Shown one piece after another: positions 46,901-55,133 of a stretch of 64,000 nt of DNA. The position numbers were made by a program, and so were the translations under genes. Under the pieces are notes generated by a model. The model had not been told where the DNA came from, made no database searches, and saw nothing but the letters and a program-made list of their open reading frames with translations. Numbering within the stretch: position 1 is the stretch's first letter; every line of letters begins with the position of its first letter. This DNA is from Candidatus Saccharimonadales bacterium (GTDB taxonomy: Bacteria > Patescibacteriota > Saccharimonadia > Saccharimonadales > UBA10212): assembly GCA_025450575.1 (NCBI GenBank), contig JANWHE010000016.1, positions 93,874 to 157,873 of the forward strand, given 5' to 3'.

Positions 46901-47580
46901 CCGGCCGTCTGGACGGCCGCTGTCTGGTTCTGAATAAAATCCGTACCCGTGGTTGTTTCGAACCCGCAGGCACTAGACGTCTGCAGACAAATCGTACCAG
47001 ATGCGTCCGGCAGCAGAATATTTGGATCGTTGGCCACCGTGTTAAAGCCCAGCGTTCCGCGGTGGGCGCCGCTGGTCAGTGCCAGCTGGCCAGCCGTGAA
47101 GGCGTAGGGTAAAGCCGTCAGCGCGATGCTGTGGCCGCTGTTCTGCATCTCCCCGTCCCAACTCGGTGTACCCGTACCGCCGATTCTCATAGTCAGCCAC
47201 AGCTGTTGATCCCAGTTAATACTACCGAAGGCCGTAACACTGCCCAGATTGACACTGAAATAACCGTTTATCACAGGAATGACATTAGCGCCGGTTCGGG
47301 TTTCCATCCACAGACAAGCGCCGCTACAACTACCCTGAGACCCAGTGGTACTGTCGGCATTATAAATCTTAAACTCAATGTTGTAGTTGCCGTCCGGCAC
47401 GATGCCCCCGGCGCTGTTCAGTAGCCGGGCCTGGAAATTAAGGGTCGAAGAGGTGGTTGCCGCTTGCGCCACCGGAGCGGCTACCGACATGAAAACGCCC
47501 ACAAACAAAGCGAACCCCAATAGGGGGGCCATTAGCCATATATTGACCGCGCGCGTACGCGCAAGTAGGCGTCGATGCAT
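40960..47580 (-). CDS. Giant (2206 aa) secreted adhesin/fibre-like surface protein
   Basis: Signal peptide ending AQA, LNFQARL..DGNY N-domain, G/T/S/N-rich beta repeats, CBM-like module (NPSFE..AHSG..FYFDDF). Confidence 0.85.
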   Translation of the reverse strand: MHRRLLARTRAVNIWLMAPLLGFALFVGVFMSVAAPVAQAATTSSTLNFQARLLNSAGGIVPDGNYNIEFKIYNADSTTGSQGSCSGACLWMETRTGANVIPVINGYFSVNLGSVTAFGSINWDQQLWLTMRIGGTGTPSWDGEMQNSGHSIALTALPYAFTAGQLALTSGAHRGTLGFNTVANDPNILLPDASGTICLQTSSACGFETTTGTDFIQNQTAAVQTAGFNISGTGIIGTALQTPLVQTTDSAAANTAAITLRSGNETGSSLSSGSVTIKSGDAAGGTNSSSGNITIDSGTKSGTGTTGTISIGTTSASGITIGQTGGSAVTAIDGGGGITLGNNTTVAAGKTLSVTSALTSLTGATSGDALNVSNSTSTGNIAVFNDNSTPVLTISDGGGLNINPDTAASTITIGSTSETGGLTFGQSTDTNTINIGNANTATGKTQTINIGAGTPAGTGLTNVTIGNSVNGGALSLNSGSGGISLGGNTTVAASKTLTVTSALTSLTGSTSGDALNVSNSTSTGNIAVFKNNATPVLTIANGGLTTLANNNAAGLVINDSASSKSVLTVDTAGDTVILGNSGASGITGKLKFNFAAQTGSITLDATNPSSTGYTIHLPAENGTLCIQASSSCGFISGTGTAFVNGGNSGFGGTGVLGTIDSNGLNIITNNHVVQSLSTTGAAAFENFSDSNTAFRIQTSTASALLNANTSDGYVINNGVDNLGNEIQNPSFESSGTTDATGWYTPSATQVITNSSANAHSGNYELQVTGNSTTHAVTTPYFAVHPGDTIYAEAWVKNSAGATGDAGIYIEFDDKDKASTTFSNADTGLPGTSYVKKTITATVPAGSYFLRLAASVKATATTGTFYFDDFYLKKANEPAPLLITNTSSTAFQVQNSSSVTVLGVDATTNKLFSNLADGASAVGFTLNTANTYSTAGAKLLSLQNGGAEKFSVDKDGNVNIPATKFYEVGGSQIASTNLSDSSHIVLNNAANTFSSTNSFQVTNTNGFQVQDAAGSHTYIQADTNGGTLYLGNTQTGSTVQIGNSTGVAVTQTINIGSTNTTASSASTITIGSTIGGSLTLQPGGGIIVAAGALGTADNTSYLCRNSSNKLAACITTGTGVAFVNGGNTLGSLTGSLASLGTKDANSLQIITNNTGRATFDQSNNLYLGNADGSGTNAAPNNFNVKGTGSSATGTAGGNLNLYGGAGNGSSTGSAGGNVSINGGAAGGSGDNAGGNITLVAGLNTGVGAAGNVTVKNAANSTSAFQVQTTGSAAVFSVNTSTPTVTVAGGTVFASNTYTSGANSTITQSLVDNNTTISATATATGLTFTVPAPTTATTGRLLYVGNGGTNAFTLNTGAGSYNLAPGSSATLIYIGSAWTIAGIDASTLQLGYTNSIGGTTPEIKLDSTRSTLNIQDADSTVGADILDINASNGGGGGLGTVVFGVGNTGATKVHTTGSGSTTAFVVQDASNNNFIAVDTTSGGNSVTIDSDTGAAGTVKIGNVGGHAQTVNIGLTASNASNSTINIATNANASATNTITIGSNGNTTNAVNIEGGNTGGINLGNTDVTHTFNIGNGASTTTQTVNIGSNSGSSVVNLKSDAGINLKTNSSTNNGVLIQSVTTNSTAALQVQNSSNNSLFNIDTTSDYITLGSTSQALTATQGVKIYAGAGTNSAVDLLATTDSSSNSFYYGANNSRAQFGYDGANGAASVKAASGKGFELQVNANAANSITVNSSGQTTFHTNTDSTAGFVVQNSGNATVLSVDTSGRALRVMENGGSTNYALIYYDTATSTANYTASSGTVAVGTGSGAITVNSGSGAAVNITGHAASSWQTTAGTLTLQSGSGSSDYLILNSGGSGQVQVNGSAVVKFGSASADPTCINGAFYYNTTSNTFRGCLNGTWSSMGSISTPTLQTTYNSSTGSTTPEIKLNAGGTDTGAFDIQDADTSLAGIIFAVRGTNAGGLGTSLLNVNTSTGTVNIGTSDTTGTLLVLDTDSDSTFNQGTISNAATEINGAMFYSSTDHNFMCGVAGAWTTCNGLLYSNTSIGSAINTCTTACGNLGAASIPANYCQAGRVIHIYARGHYGTTSAPTLQMEVRYGTNTTRTSDTLIGAASPTATAGSTISNAQWIIDYKIVCFSTTSMDGQGLFYLQTVTTTTATGQFGVFNMVSTASTTGLTTSSAANLYLFPVWSANSASNTITTDQYVVTGN

Positions 47581-47715
47581 TTTTGTAAGGTGTTTTTGTG
47601 TTTATTTTGGCTTTTGGTTTTTGTAAAGCCTAGTAACAGGTTACGCTTATCTGTTAGGCGCGTCAACGAAAAAACGGCCTTTCGGGCCGTCACTTATCCA
47701 CACCTTGACTACAGT

Positions 47716-48087
47716 TTAAGAAATCCTGGTGATTTTGATTTTGGCGTGGCGCTGCCGGTGGCCGCGGACCTTGCGGACGCGTTTCTTGGCCTTATAGCGG
47801 ATAGCCACCACTTTGTCGTCTTTGATGGATTGTTCAAGGATATCGGCAGTCACTTTCACCCCTGATACGGTAGGGGTACCAACGGCTATGGTGTCGCCGT
47901 CAATGACCAGCAAGGCCTCGAAAGCGGTAGTCTCTTGGGCCGGGTCTAAAAGCTCGATCAAAAGCTCATCGCCGACAGATACCAGGAATTGGTGTCCGCC
48001 GGTTGAGATAACGGCTTTCTTGGCGCTTTTAGTCGCTGCCTTAGGAGCGGCCTGGGCCCTTGGTTTCTGAGCTGTTGCTTCTGCCAT
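47716..48087 (-). CDS. rplU: 50S ribosomal protein L21
   Basis: AVI.TGG.Q..V..GD, GHRQ; TTGACA-N17-TAAACT promoter directly upstream. Confidence 0.95.
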   Translation of the reverse strand: MAEATAQKPRAQAAPKAATKSAKKAVISTGGHQFLVSVGDELLIELLDPAQETTAFEALLVIDGDTIAVGTPTVSGVKVTADILEQSIKDDKVVAIRYKAKKRVRKVRGHRQRHAKIKITRIS

Positions 48088-48135
48088 AACCTAAGGAGTT
48101 TAACAGATACGAAAATATCTGTCAAAACAGAGGGG

Positions 48136-48302
48136 TCAAACGAGCCCATCATTGAAGAACCATGTGCAGTTAACCTGAAGCCGGTGCTGTAAAACAGTCT
48201 GTCCTTGGGTACGAGGGTATGGACCGACTGTTTGGAGGTCTATTACCGACGTAAAGACTGGTTTCACTAGCTATAGGCATCAAACGGGCGGAGCGGGTTT
48301 GA
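48136..48302 (+). ncRNA. ssrS: Putative 6S RNA
   Basis: ~167-nt rod: TCAAAC/GTTTGA, TGAAGCCGGT/ACTGGTTTCA, AAACAGTC/GACTGTTT, with a central unpaired bubble; G-U pairs favour the + strand. Confidence 0.55.
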
Positions 48303-48319
48303 AAAGGGTTGGGCGAGTG

Positions 48320-48359
48320 ATAACTAGCCGTGTAGGACTAGCCTTTTATGGCTAGTTAT
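48320..48359. terminator. Inverted repeat between the putative 6S RNA and ileS
   Basis: ATAACTAGCC..GGCTAGTTAT. Confidence 0.6.
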
Positions 48360-48364
48360 ATCTG

Positions 48365-51244
48365 TTAACTCTTAGAGAGTTTGATTTCGGCAGCCTGACC
48401 GTCCAGCTCCACCTGCTCGCCGTGCCGCGGTTCGCCCTTTAAATCACCGGTGGCTAGCGTCTCCCGGTAAACCTCATCTTTGTGGGCCTTAAATGCCTCG
48501 TTTACTTCTTTGGAGTCAGATTTAACAACCAGTTCTATACGGTCGTCGACATTTAGGCCGGCGTTCTTGCGGGCCTGCTGGATGTGGCGAATCAGCTCAC
48601 GAGCTAACCCTTCCCTTTTAAGCTCATCTGTTATTTCTAGATTCATCTCCGTTTTAGCGGGCTGTCCTTCAGCCAGCTTTTCAAAGTTGACTTCTTTAAC
48701 GTTCAGCTCCTCTTTGATAATTTCCAGCAGTTCCGGTTTCAGATCCAGGCCGGCCGCAATTTTAACTGATGACAGCGGCTGGCGGACCTTGATGCTAGCG
48801 GCCGCCCGCTGGGCCAAGCCCAAGGTGATAGCCTCTCTAACAACGGCCATCTCACCAACGATGAGGCCGTTGGCCTGCCCGGCGGGCGGCCAATCGCACA
48901 AGTGCACGCTCTCGCGGCCGGTGAGCTTGATATACAGCTCTTCGGCCAAAAACGGCGTGAACGGCGCTAAGACCAAGCTTAGACGTACCAAGACGTAGTG
49001 CAGCGTCTTATAAGCCATGTCCTTGTCTTTATCGTTGTCGCTCTTCCAAAAACGCTTGCGGGAGCGGCGGATATACCAGTTGCTGGCGTCATCTATGAAC
49101 GGCAGCACGCCTTTTAAGGCATTGGGCAGGTCGTAGCGGTCCATGTGCTCGCCGACCTCGGCAGTCAGCTGGTGTACCCGGCTGACGATCCACTGGTCCA
49201 GCGGGTGTTCCAGCTCAGGATACGGATCATCCAAACTGCCGTCCCATTCCCAGCCATCGACGCTGGCGTACAGCGTGAAGAAGTCGTACATATTCCAGAC
49301 CATCGCCAGCTTGCGGTTGACATCGTTGACGTCCTTGTCCTGCAGGGCGAAATCCTCGCCGTTCAACAGGGGCGAACTTAGGAATAAGAAGCGCAGGGCG
49401 TCGGCGCTGTAGCGGTCCATCAGCTCGTTGGGATCGGTAAAGTTATTGTAGCTTTTGCTCATCTTGCGGCCGTCATTGCCGGCGATGGTGCCGGTAACGA
49501 CGACGTTCTTAAAGGAGTTAGTGCCAAACAATCCGACGCTCAAAGTATGCAGGTAGTAAAACCAGGCCCGTACCTGGCCGACGTATTCGGCGATAAAGTC
49601 GCCTGGGAAGTTCTGCTCGAACTTCTGCTGGTTTTCAAAGGGGTAATGGAACTGGGCGAACGGCATGGAGCCAGCCTCGAACCAGCTGTCCATCACCTTG
49701 TCGACGCGCTTGTATTCCACGCCGTCGATTACGAAAGTAACCTCATCTATCCAAGGCCGGTGGTAATCGTCTAATTCTTGGCCGGACAACTCCTTAAGTT
49801 CCGCGTAGCTGCCGACAACTTTGACTAGTTCATTGCCGACCTCATCAATTCCCTTCCAGACCGGCAAAGCTGTCGCCCAGAAACGGTCGCGGCTTAGGTT
49901 CCAGTCCGGCGCTTGCTGGATGTTCTTGGCGAACCGCCCCCGTTTGAAGTGGGTCGGAAACCAGTTGATGTCGCCGTTTTTCTCCAGCATCAGCTCGCGC
50001 TGGTCGCCGACGTTCATGAACCAGCTGGGGTGGGCCCGGTACATCAGCCGGGTGCCGCAGCGGTGGCAGTGCGGATAAGAGTGGGTGATGTAGGTGATTT
50101 TCCAGACTTCGCCACGCTCGTGCAGGGCTTTGGCGATGTCCTTGTTGACGTCCCAGACCAGCTGGCCTTGCCACTCGTCTTCGGTGTAAAAGCCGTTATC
50201 GTCAATGACGCTGACGGCCGGGAAATCTTTTTCCTTAGCCAGTTCATAGTCCTCTTCGCCGTAAGCCGGCGCCAGATGGACGATGCCGGTACCTTCCTCG
50301 GTAGTGACGTACGGCGCGGCCCACACCTTGTGGGCGTTATGGCCACGGTCCTTAAATAGCGGCTCATATTCCTTGCCGACCAGCTCACTACCCTTGAAGG
50401 TCTTTTCAACCGTATAATCCAAGATTTGATGCTTCTCGTCGGTCAAGACCTTATCCAGCAGGTCACGAGCCAGGATAAAACGCTGACCGTCGACGATGAC
50501 CTGGGCGTATTCTATATCGGTATTAACCGCGGCGGCGGTGTTGGCCGGCAGGGTCCACGGAGTGGTCGTCCAGGCTAGTAAGAACGCGTCTTCGTCTTTG
50601 AGCTTCAGCTTAACGTAGACCGACGGGTCGGTGACGTCCTGGTAGCTGTTGTCCATGGCCACTTCGGCCTTGGCGATAGGCGTGGCGTCGCGGGTGCAGT
50701 ACAGCAGGACTTTCTCGCCCTCGTAAATCTTGCCATCATCATATAACTTCTTAAAAGCCCACCAGACGCTCTCCATGTAGGGTTTGTCCATGGTCTTATA
50801 GGCGCCTTTGAAGTCGACCCAGCGGCCGATACGGGCGATGGTCGCTTCCCATTCGTCGCCGGTCTGGACCATATTCTCCCGGCAAGTGGTGATATATTCT
50901 TCCAAGGATATTTTGGTACCGATGTCTCGGCGGTCTTTGATGCCCAGCTTGCGCTCGGTGAATACTTCGGCCGGCAGGCCGTGGCAGTCCCAGCCCCAGA
51001 CCCGCTCCACCCGCTTGCCTTTCATGGCCTGGTAGCGCGGCACGGCGTCCTTAACCACACTGCTTAGCAGTGTACCGTGGTGCGGCACCCCCGTTATGAA
51101 CGGCGGCCCGTCGTAAAACACGTAGCTGTCGGCGGCCGGTCGCTGGTCGACGGATTTTTCGAATATCTTCTTATCTTGCCAGTAGGCGACCAGATCGTTT
51201 TCATATTCAATCGGTTTACGGCGTTTGCCAGGCTGGAACTTCAT
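48365..51244 (-). CDS. ileS: Isoleucine--tRNA ligase (IleRS2 type)
   Basis: DGPPF..G.PHHG, GWDCHGLP, WTTTPWTLP.N, SRDRFW, KMSKS. Confidence 0.97.
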   Translation of the reverse strand: MKFQPGKRRKPIEYENDLVAYWQDKKIFEKSVDQRPAADSYVFYDGPPFITGVPHHGTLLSSVVKDAVPRYQAMKGKRVERVWGWDCHGLPAEVFTERKLGIKDRRDIGTKISLEEYITTCRENMVQTGDEWEATIARIGRWVDFKGAYKTMDKPYMESVWWAFKKLYDDGKIYEGEKVLLYCTRDATPIAKAEVAMDNSYQDVTDPSVYVKLKLKDEDAFLLAWTTTPWTLPANTAAAVNTDIEYAQVIVDGQRFILARDLLDKVLTDEKHQILDYTVEKTFKGSELVGKEYEPLFKDRGHNAHKVWAAPYVTTEEGTGIVHLAPAYGEEDYELAKEKDFPAVSVIDDNGFYTEDEWQGQLVWDVNKDIAKALHERGEVWKITYITHSYPHCHRCGTRLMYRAHPSWFMNVGDQRELMLEKNGDINWFPTHFKRGRFAKNIQQAPDWNLSRDRFWATALPVWKGIDEVGNELVKVVGSYAELKELSGQELDDYHRPWIDEVTFVIDGVEYKRVDKVMDSWFEAGSMPFAQFHYPFENQQKFEQNFPGDFIAEYVGQVRAWFYYLHTLSVGLFGTNSFKNVVVTGTIAGNDGRKMSKSYNNFTDPNELMDRYSADALRFLFLSSPLLNGEDFALQDKDVNDVNRKLAMVWNMYDFFTLYASVDGWEWDGSLDDPYPELEHPLDQWIVSRVHQLTAEVGEHMDRYDLPNALKGVLPFIDDASNWYIRRSRKRFWKSDNDKDKDMAYKTLHYVLVRLSLVLAPFTPFLAEELYIKLTGRESVHLCDWPPAGQANGLIVGEMAVVREAITLGLAQRAAASIKVRQPLSSVKIAAGLDLKPELLEIIKEELNVKEVNFEKLAEGQPAKTEMNLEITDELKREGLARELIRHIQQARKNAGLNVDDRIELVVKSDSKEVNEAFKAHKDEVYRETLATGDLKGEPRHGEQVELDGQAAEIKLSKS

Positions 51245-51316
51245 AAGACCGCCCCGACCACATCAAATAAATCCACGTTTTCGCTCTCACTCATCTAAGA
51301 AGTAATTATATCTCAC

Positions 51317-51586
51317 TCAGCGGCCGGATGAATAGGAAAAGACTTCCTCGGCGGCCGGCCAGGGCTGGTCTTGCCACATCTGCTGGAAACTGCCGTCGGT
51401 ATTGATGACCAGGATTGCCGGGTAGCGCACTATGTCGTAGGTGCGGGCCAGGTCGGCGCCTTCCAGGGTCTCCAGGCTGATAAGTTCGATTTTGAAACCG
51501 TAGTGCCGGGCTTCGTAATCATGCTTGAAAGTCTCGGCTAAACCGGCTTGTTCACTTTGAGGATGATAAAGAATAATCGTCCGCAT
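51317..51586 (-). CDS. Small thioredoxin-fold-like protein without CxxC
   Basis: A..YDIVRYPAILV motif. Confidence 0.6.
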   Translation of the reverse strand: MRTIILYHPQSEQAGLAETFKHDYEARHYGFKIELISLETLEGADLARTYDIVRYPAILVINTDGSFQQMWQDQPWPAAEEVFSYSSGR

Positions 51587-51664
51587 AAAGCTATTCTAAC
51601 AGTATGCGGGACTCGGGATATAGCTCCCTGGTTCGATAGCCGGTCGCAATACGCCGTTTGGAAA

Positions 51665-52135
51665 TTATTTCTTGTTGTCGCCGGCGGACTTACCGTACCA
51701 CCCCCAGGCATTGGAACGGGCCTCTTCCTTGGACATACCGGAGTGCTTACCGGCATCATAAATGCTCAAGACAGCCAAAAGGCCCAGTGAATCACCGATG
51801 CTCATGCCTTCTTTGATGCGACCGAACATTTCGCGACGCCGGTCTTTACTGACTACTGCTTTGGACACGGAGGCCATGAGTTTCCAAGGATTTACCGGTG
51901 GGAGATCCGCGTCATCTGGCAATTCTTCTTCGGGCGTGCCGATGGCGCAATGGCCTAGGCATCGGAGTATGCCCCTCACGAACGACACTTCCCCCTCCTC
52001 GCCCGTAGAAAAGACCTCATTGAGGCCGCGGACCATGTCTACGGCGTTAGGCAAGGTGCCATCGGGCCTGGCCACGGGGCCGGTATATCTTTCTTCGGTT
52101 TCTGTCTGAGGTGCTTGCGCTTCTAAAGTTGCCAT
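51665..52135 (-). CDS. Hypothetical protein
   Basis: 156 aa; TTGACT-N17-TAATGT promoter upstream. Confidence 0.6.
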   Translation of the reverse strand: MATLEAQAPQTETEERYTGPVARPDGTLPNAVDMVRGLNEVFSTGEEGEVSFVRGILRCLGHCAIGTPEEELPDDADLPPVNPWKLMASVSKAVVSKDRRREMFGRIKEGMSIGDSLGLLAVLSIYDAGKHSGMSKEEARSNAWGWYGKSAGDNKK

Positions 52136-52259
52136 TTTTTGTTTTTTTGATTAACTCTTTTACATTAGCATAAACACCTTAAAAAGTCAACCAATTCCCT
52201 CTGGTTGAGTGAGTATCCGGCACCAAAGAACGTGCTCTTAAGGCCGGGTACGAGTGGTT

Positions 52260-55133
52260 TTAGCTGCAGCCGGTAGTCGAACCGCAAGCAGTGCAGACGT
52301 AGCACGTCCCCGCCCTCTGCGTCTGGTTGCCGCAGTTATAGCACAGCGGTGCGTTATCGTCCTGGCGGGCTTCGGTCTTCTTGACTTCGACCGGTTCATC
52401 TACTGAAAAGCTGGTGCTGGCGGTGATTATTTCGGCCGGCATCGTAATCGTGGTTTCGGTGGTCGGTTCGCTGGCGATGCTCTGTTCGGCGACGGCGATC
52501 TCTTCGGCGACCTCCACCGCGTCTAGCAGGCTGGCTTGGCCGGCGGGGATATCGTCTAAAGTGGCAAGACCGACTTCCAGCTGGTCGTCAAAGCTTAGGT
52601 AGGTCTTACCCAGGCGTTTGAAAATATAGTCGATGATGGAGCTGGCGGTCCGGATATCCGGATCGTCGGTGACGCCGGCCGGCGCGAAGCTGGTGTGCGT
52701 AAAGGAACGGACCAGTTTTTTGAGCGGTACGCCGTACTGTAGCGCGAAGCTGACCGACGTAGCGAAAGCATCCATCACGCCGCGCAAGGTCGAGCCTTGC
52801 TTGGAGATACTGATGAACAGCTCGCCGGGGCGGCCGTCGTCGTACTGGCCGACGGTAAAGTAGCCGCGGGTTCCGGAAAGCGTAAAGCGGAAGGTCTTGG
52901 AATTACGGACCCGGGGCAATTGTTCGCGGGCACCCAGCTGTCGGCCGGCCGGGCCGGCCTGAGGTACCATGTGTTCGGCGGCGATGGCCATAACTTGCTC
53001 GGGCGTTTCGGCCACGGTGGCGTTCACCGAAGGCGAGTCCTCTTCCTTGGTCTCTTTTTTGGCCATACTTAGCGGCTGGGCCACCTTGCAGTTGTCGCGG
53101 TAGATAGCCACGGCTTTTAAGCCCAGTTTCCAGGCTTCGGTGTGTAGCTGTTCGACCTCTTCGACGGTGACTTCTTCGGGCATGTTGACGGTTTTACTTA
53201 TCGCGCCGGACAAGAACGGCTGGACGGCGCTCATCATTTTGACGTGGCCCATGTAGTGGATGGCGTTATCGCCCATGCTGCAGGAGAACACCGGCAGGTG
53301 CTCGTCTTTGAGGTGCGGCGCGCCGATGATGGTTTTTTCTAAATCGATGTAGTTGACGATATCTTCTATCTGGGCGCGGTTGTAGCCCAGAGCCTTAAGA
53401 GCCCGCGGCACGGTCTGGTTGACGATGAACATCGTCCCGCCGCCGACTAACTTCTTGACCTTCGTCAGGCCCAGATCCGGCTCGATGCCGGTGGTATCAC
53501 AGTCCATCATCAGGCCGATGGTGCCGGTCGGGGCCAGTAAGGTAGCTTGGGAGTTGCGGACGCCGTAGCGTTCGCCCAGCTCCACGGCTTCGTCCCACGA
53601 CGCCGCGGCGGCGCTCAATAATTCTTCCGAGACCATCGACGGGTCGATTTTTTTGACTTCGTCGCGGTGCATGCGTAGCACTTTGTTCATACCGTCGCGG
53701 TCCTTATGGTAGCCGGCGAACGGCCCCACGACCTTGGCGATACGGGCGCTGGTAGCGTAAGCGTGGCCGGTCATCAGCGCCGTGATGGCGGCCGCCTGGG
53801 CGCGTCCTTCGTCGCTGTCGTAAGGCAGGCCTTGGGCCATCAATAGCGCGCCGAGATTAGCGTAGCCCAGACCTAGTTCGCGGTAGGCACGAGCGGTCTT
53901 GGTGATGTTCTTAGTCGGATATTCGCTGTAGCCGACCAGTATTTCCTGGGCGGTGAACATGATTTCCACGGTATGGCGGAAAGCCTCGACGTCGAAACTG
54001 AAATCATCGTTCAGGTACTCAAGCAGGTTGATGGACGATAAGTTGCAGGCCGAGTTATTGAGATGCATATACTCGCTGCAGGGGTTGCTACCTTCAATGC
54101 GGCCGGCGTTGGGCGTGGTGTGCCAGCGGTTGATGGTGGTGTCGAACTGCATGCCGGGGTCGGCACACTCCCAGGCAGCTTCGGCGATCTGGCGGAAGAT
54201 ACCGCGAGCTTTGACCGTCTCGACGGTCTGGCCGGTGGTGACGGCTTTTAGGTCCCAATCGTCGTCATTCTGGACGGCCTTCATGAAATCGTCGGTGACG
54301 CGCACCGAGTTGTTAGCGTTCTGATACTGGACGCTGTGGCTGTCCTTGCCATCTAAGCTCATATCGAAACCGGCAGTCTCCAGCACCCGGGCTTTGCGCT
54401 CCTCGAGCGCCTTGCACCAGATGAAATCCTCTACGTCGGGGTGATCGACATTCATGATCACCATCTTGGCGGCTCGCCTTGTCTTACCGCCGGACTTGAT
54501 AGCGCCAGCAGAGGCGTCGGCGCCGCGCATGAAGCTCAAAGGCCCGCTGGCGGTGCCGGCGGACTTGCCTAGGGCTTCTTTACTGGAACGCAGGCTGGAA
54601 ACGTTGATACCGCTGCCCGACCCGCCCTTGAAGATCATGCCTTCTTCGGCGTACCAATTGAGGATGGCCGGCATGGTGTCTTCGACGGCCAGGATAAAAC
54701 AGGCGCTGGCCTGCTGGCTACGTTCCTTGACGCCGATATTGAACCAGACTGGCGAATTAAAGGCCGCCCGCTGGGTGGCCAAGATGAACTTCAGCTCTTC
54801 GCGGAAATCCTCGGCTTCGGCCTGGGATACGAAATAACCCTCCTGCAGGCCGGTGCGGGTAATGGTGTCGGCCACCCGGTTGATAAGTTTCTTAAGTGAA
54901 TCTTCGCGCTCTGGAGTGCCGGGCGTACCGGAAAAATACTTCTGGGCGACGATGTTGATAGCGTTCAAGCTCCAGCTATCCGGAAACTCCACGCCTTTTT
55001 GTTCAAAGACGGCTTTGGCAGTCATCGGGTTGATGATGGCGCTGTCGCGCTTCACCCAATTAAGAGCTTCATAAGCCTTGGTTTTGGGCTTAGTGAACAC
55101 CCTTTTGACATTTTGTTTGGTAGCTTGCGCCAT
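52260..55133 (-). CDS. nrdJ: Adenosylcobalamin-dependent (class II) ribonucleotide reductase
   Basis: FNSPVWFN, SACFI, SNPCSEY, APTGTI, C-terminal TSCPD-like domain and Cys4 zinc ribbon. Confidence 0.95.
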   Translation of the reverse strand: MAQATKQNVKRVFTKPKTKAYEALNWVKRDSAIINPMTAKAVFEQKGVEFPDSWSLNAINIVAQKYFSGTPGTPEREDSLKKLINRVADTITRTGLQEGYFVSQAEAEDFREELKFILATQRAAFNSPVWFNIGVKERSQQASACFILAVEDTMPAILNWYAEEGMIFKGGSGSGINVSSLRSSKEALGKSAGTASGPLSFMRGADASAGAIKSGGKTRRAAKMVIMNVDHPDVEDFIWCKALEERKARVLETAGFDMSLDGKDSHSVQYQNANNSVRVTDDFMKAVQNDDDWDLKAVTTGQTVETVKARGIFRQIAEAAWECADPGMQFDTTINRWHTTPNAGRIEGSNPCSEYMHLNNSACNLSSINLLEYLNDDFSFDVEAFRHTVEIMFTAQEILVGYSEYPTKNITKTARAYRELGLGYANLGALLMAQGLPYDSDEGRAQAAAITALMTGHAYATSARIAKVVGPFAGYHKDRDGMNKVLRMHRDEVKKIDPSMVSEELLSAAAASWDEAVELGERYGVRNSQATLLAPTGTIGLMMDCDTTGIEPDLGLTKVKKLVGGGTMFIVNQTVPRALKALGYNRAQIEDIVNYIDLEKTIIGAPHLKDEHLPVFSCSMGDNAIHYMGHVKMMSAVQPFLSGAISKTVNMPEEVTVEEVEQLHTEAWKLGLKAVAIYRDNCKVAQPLSMAKKETKEEDSPSVNATVAETPEQVMAIAAEHMVPQAGPAGRQLGAREQLPRVRNSKTFRFTLSGTRGYFTVGQYDDGRPGELFISISKQGSTLRGVMDAFATSVSFALQYGVPLKKLVRSFTHTSFAPAGVTDDPDIRTASSIIDYIFKRLGKTYLSFDDQLEVGLATLDDIPAGQASLLDAVEVAEEIAVAEQSIASEPTTETTITMPAEIITASTSFSVDEPVEVKKTEARQDDNAPLCYNCGNQTQRAGTCYVCTACGSTTGCS

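Noticed and set aside
45764..46933. 389-aa plus-strand ORF and other long antisense ORFs (e.g. 56522-57280)
   Set aside because: Shadow ORFs produced by codon bias of the real genes on the opposite strand.
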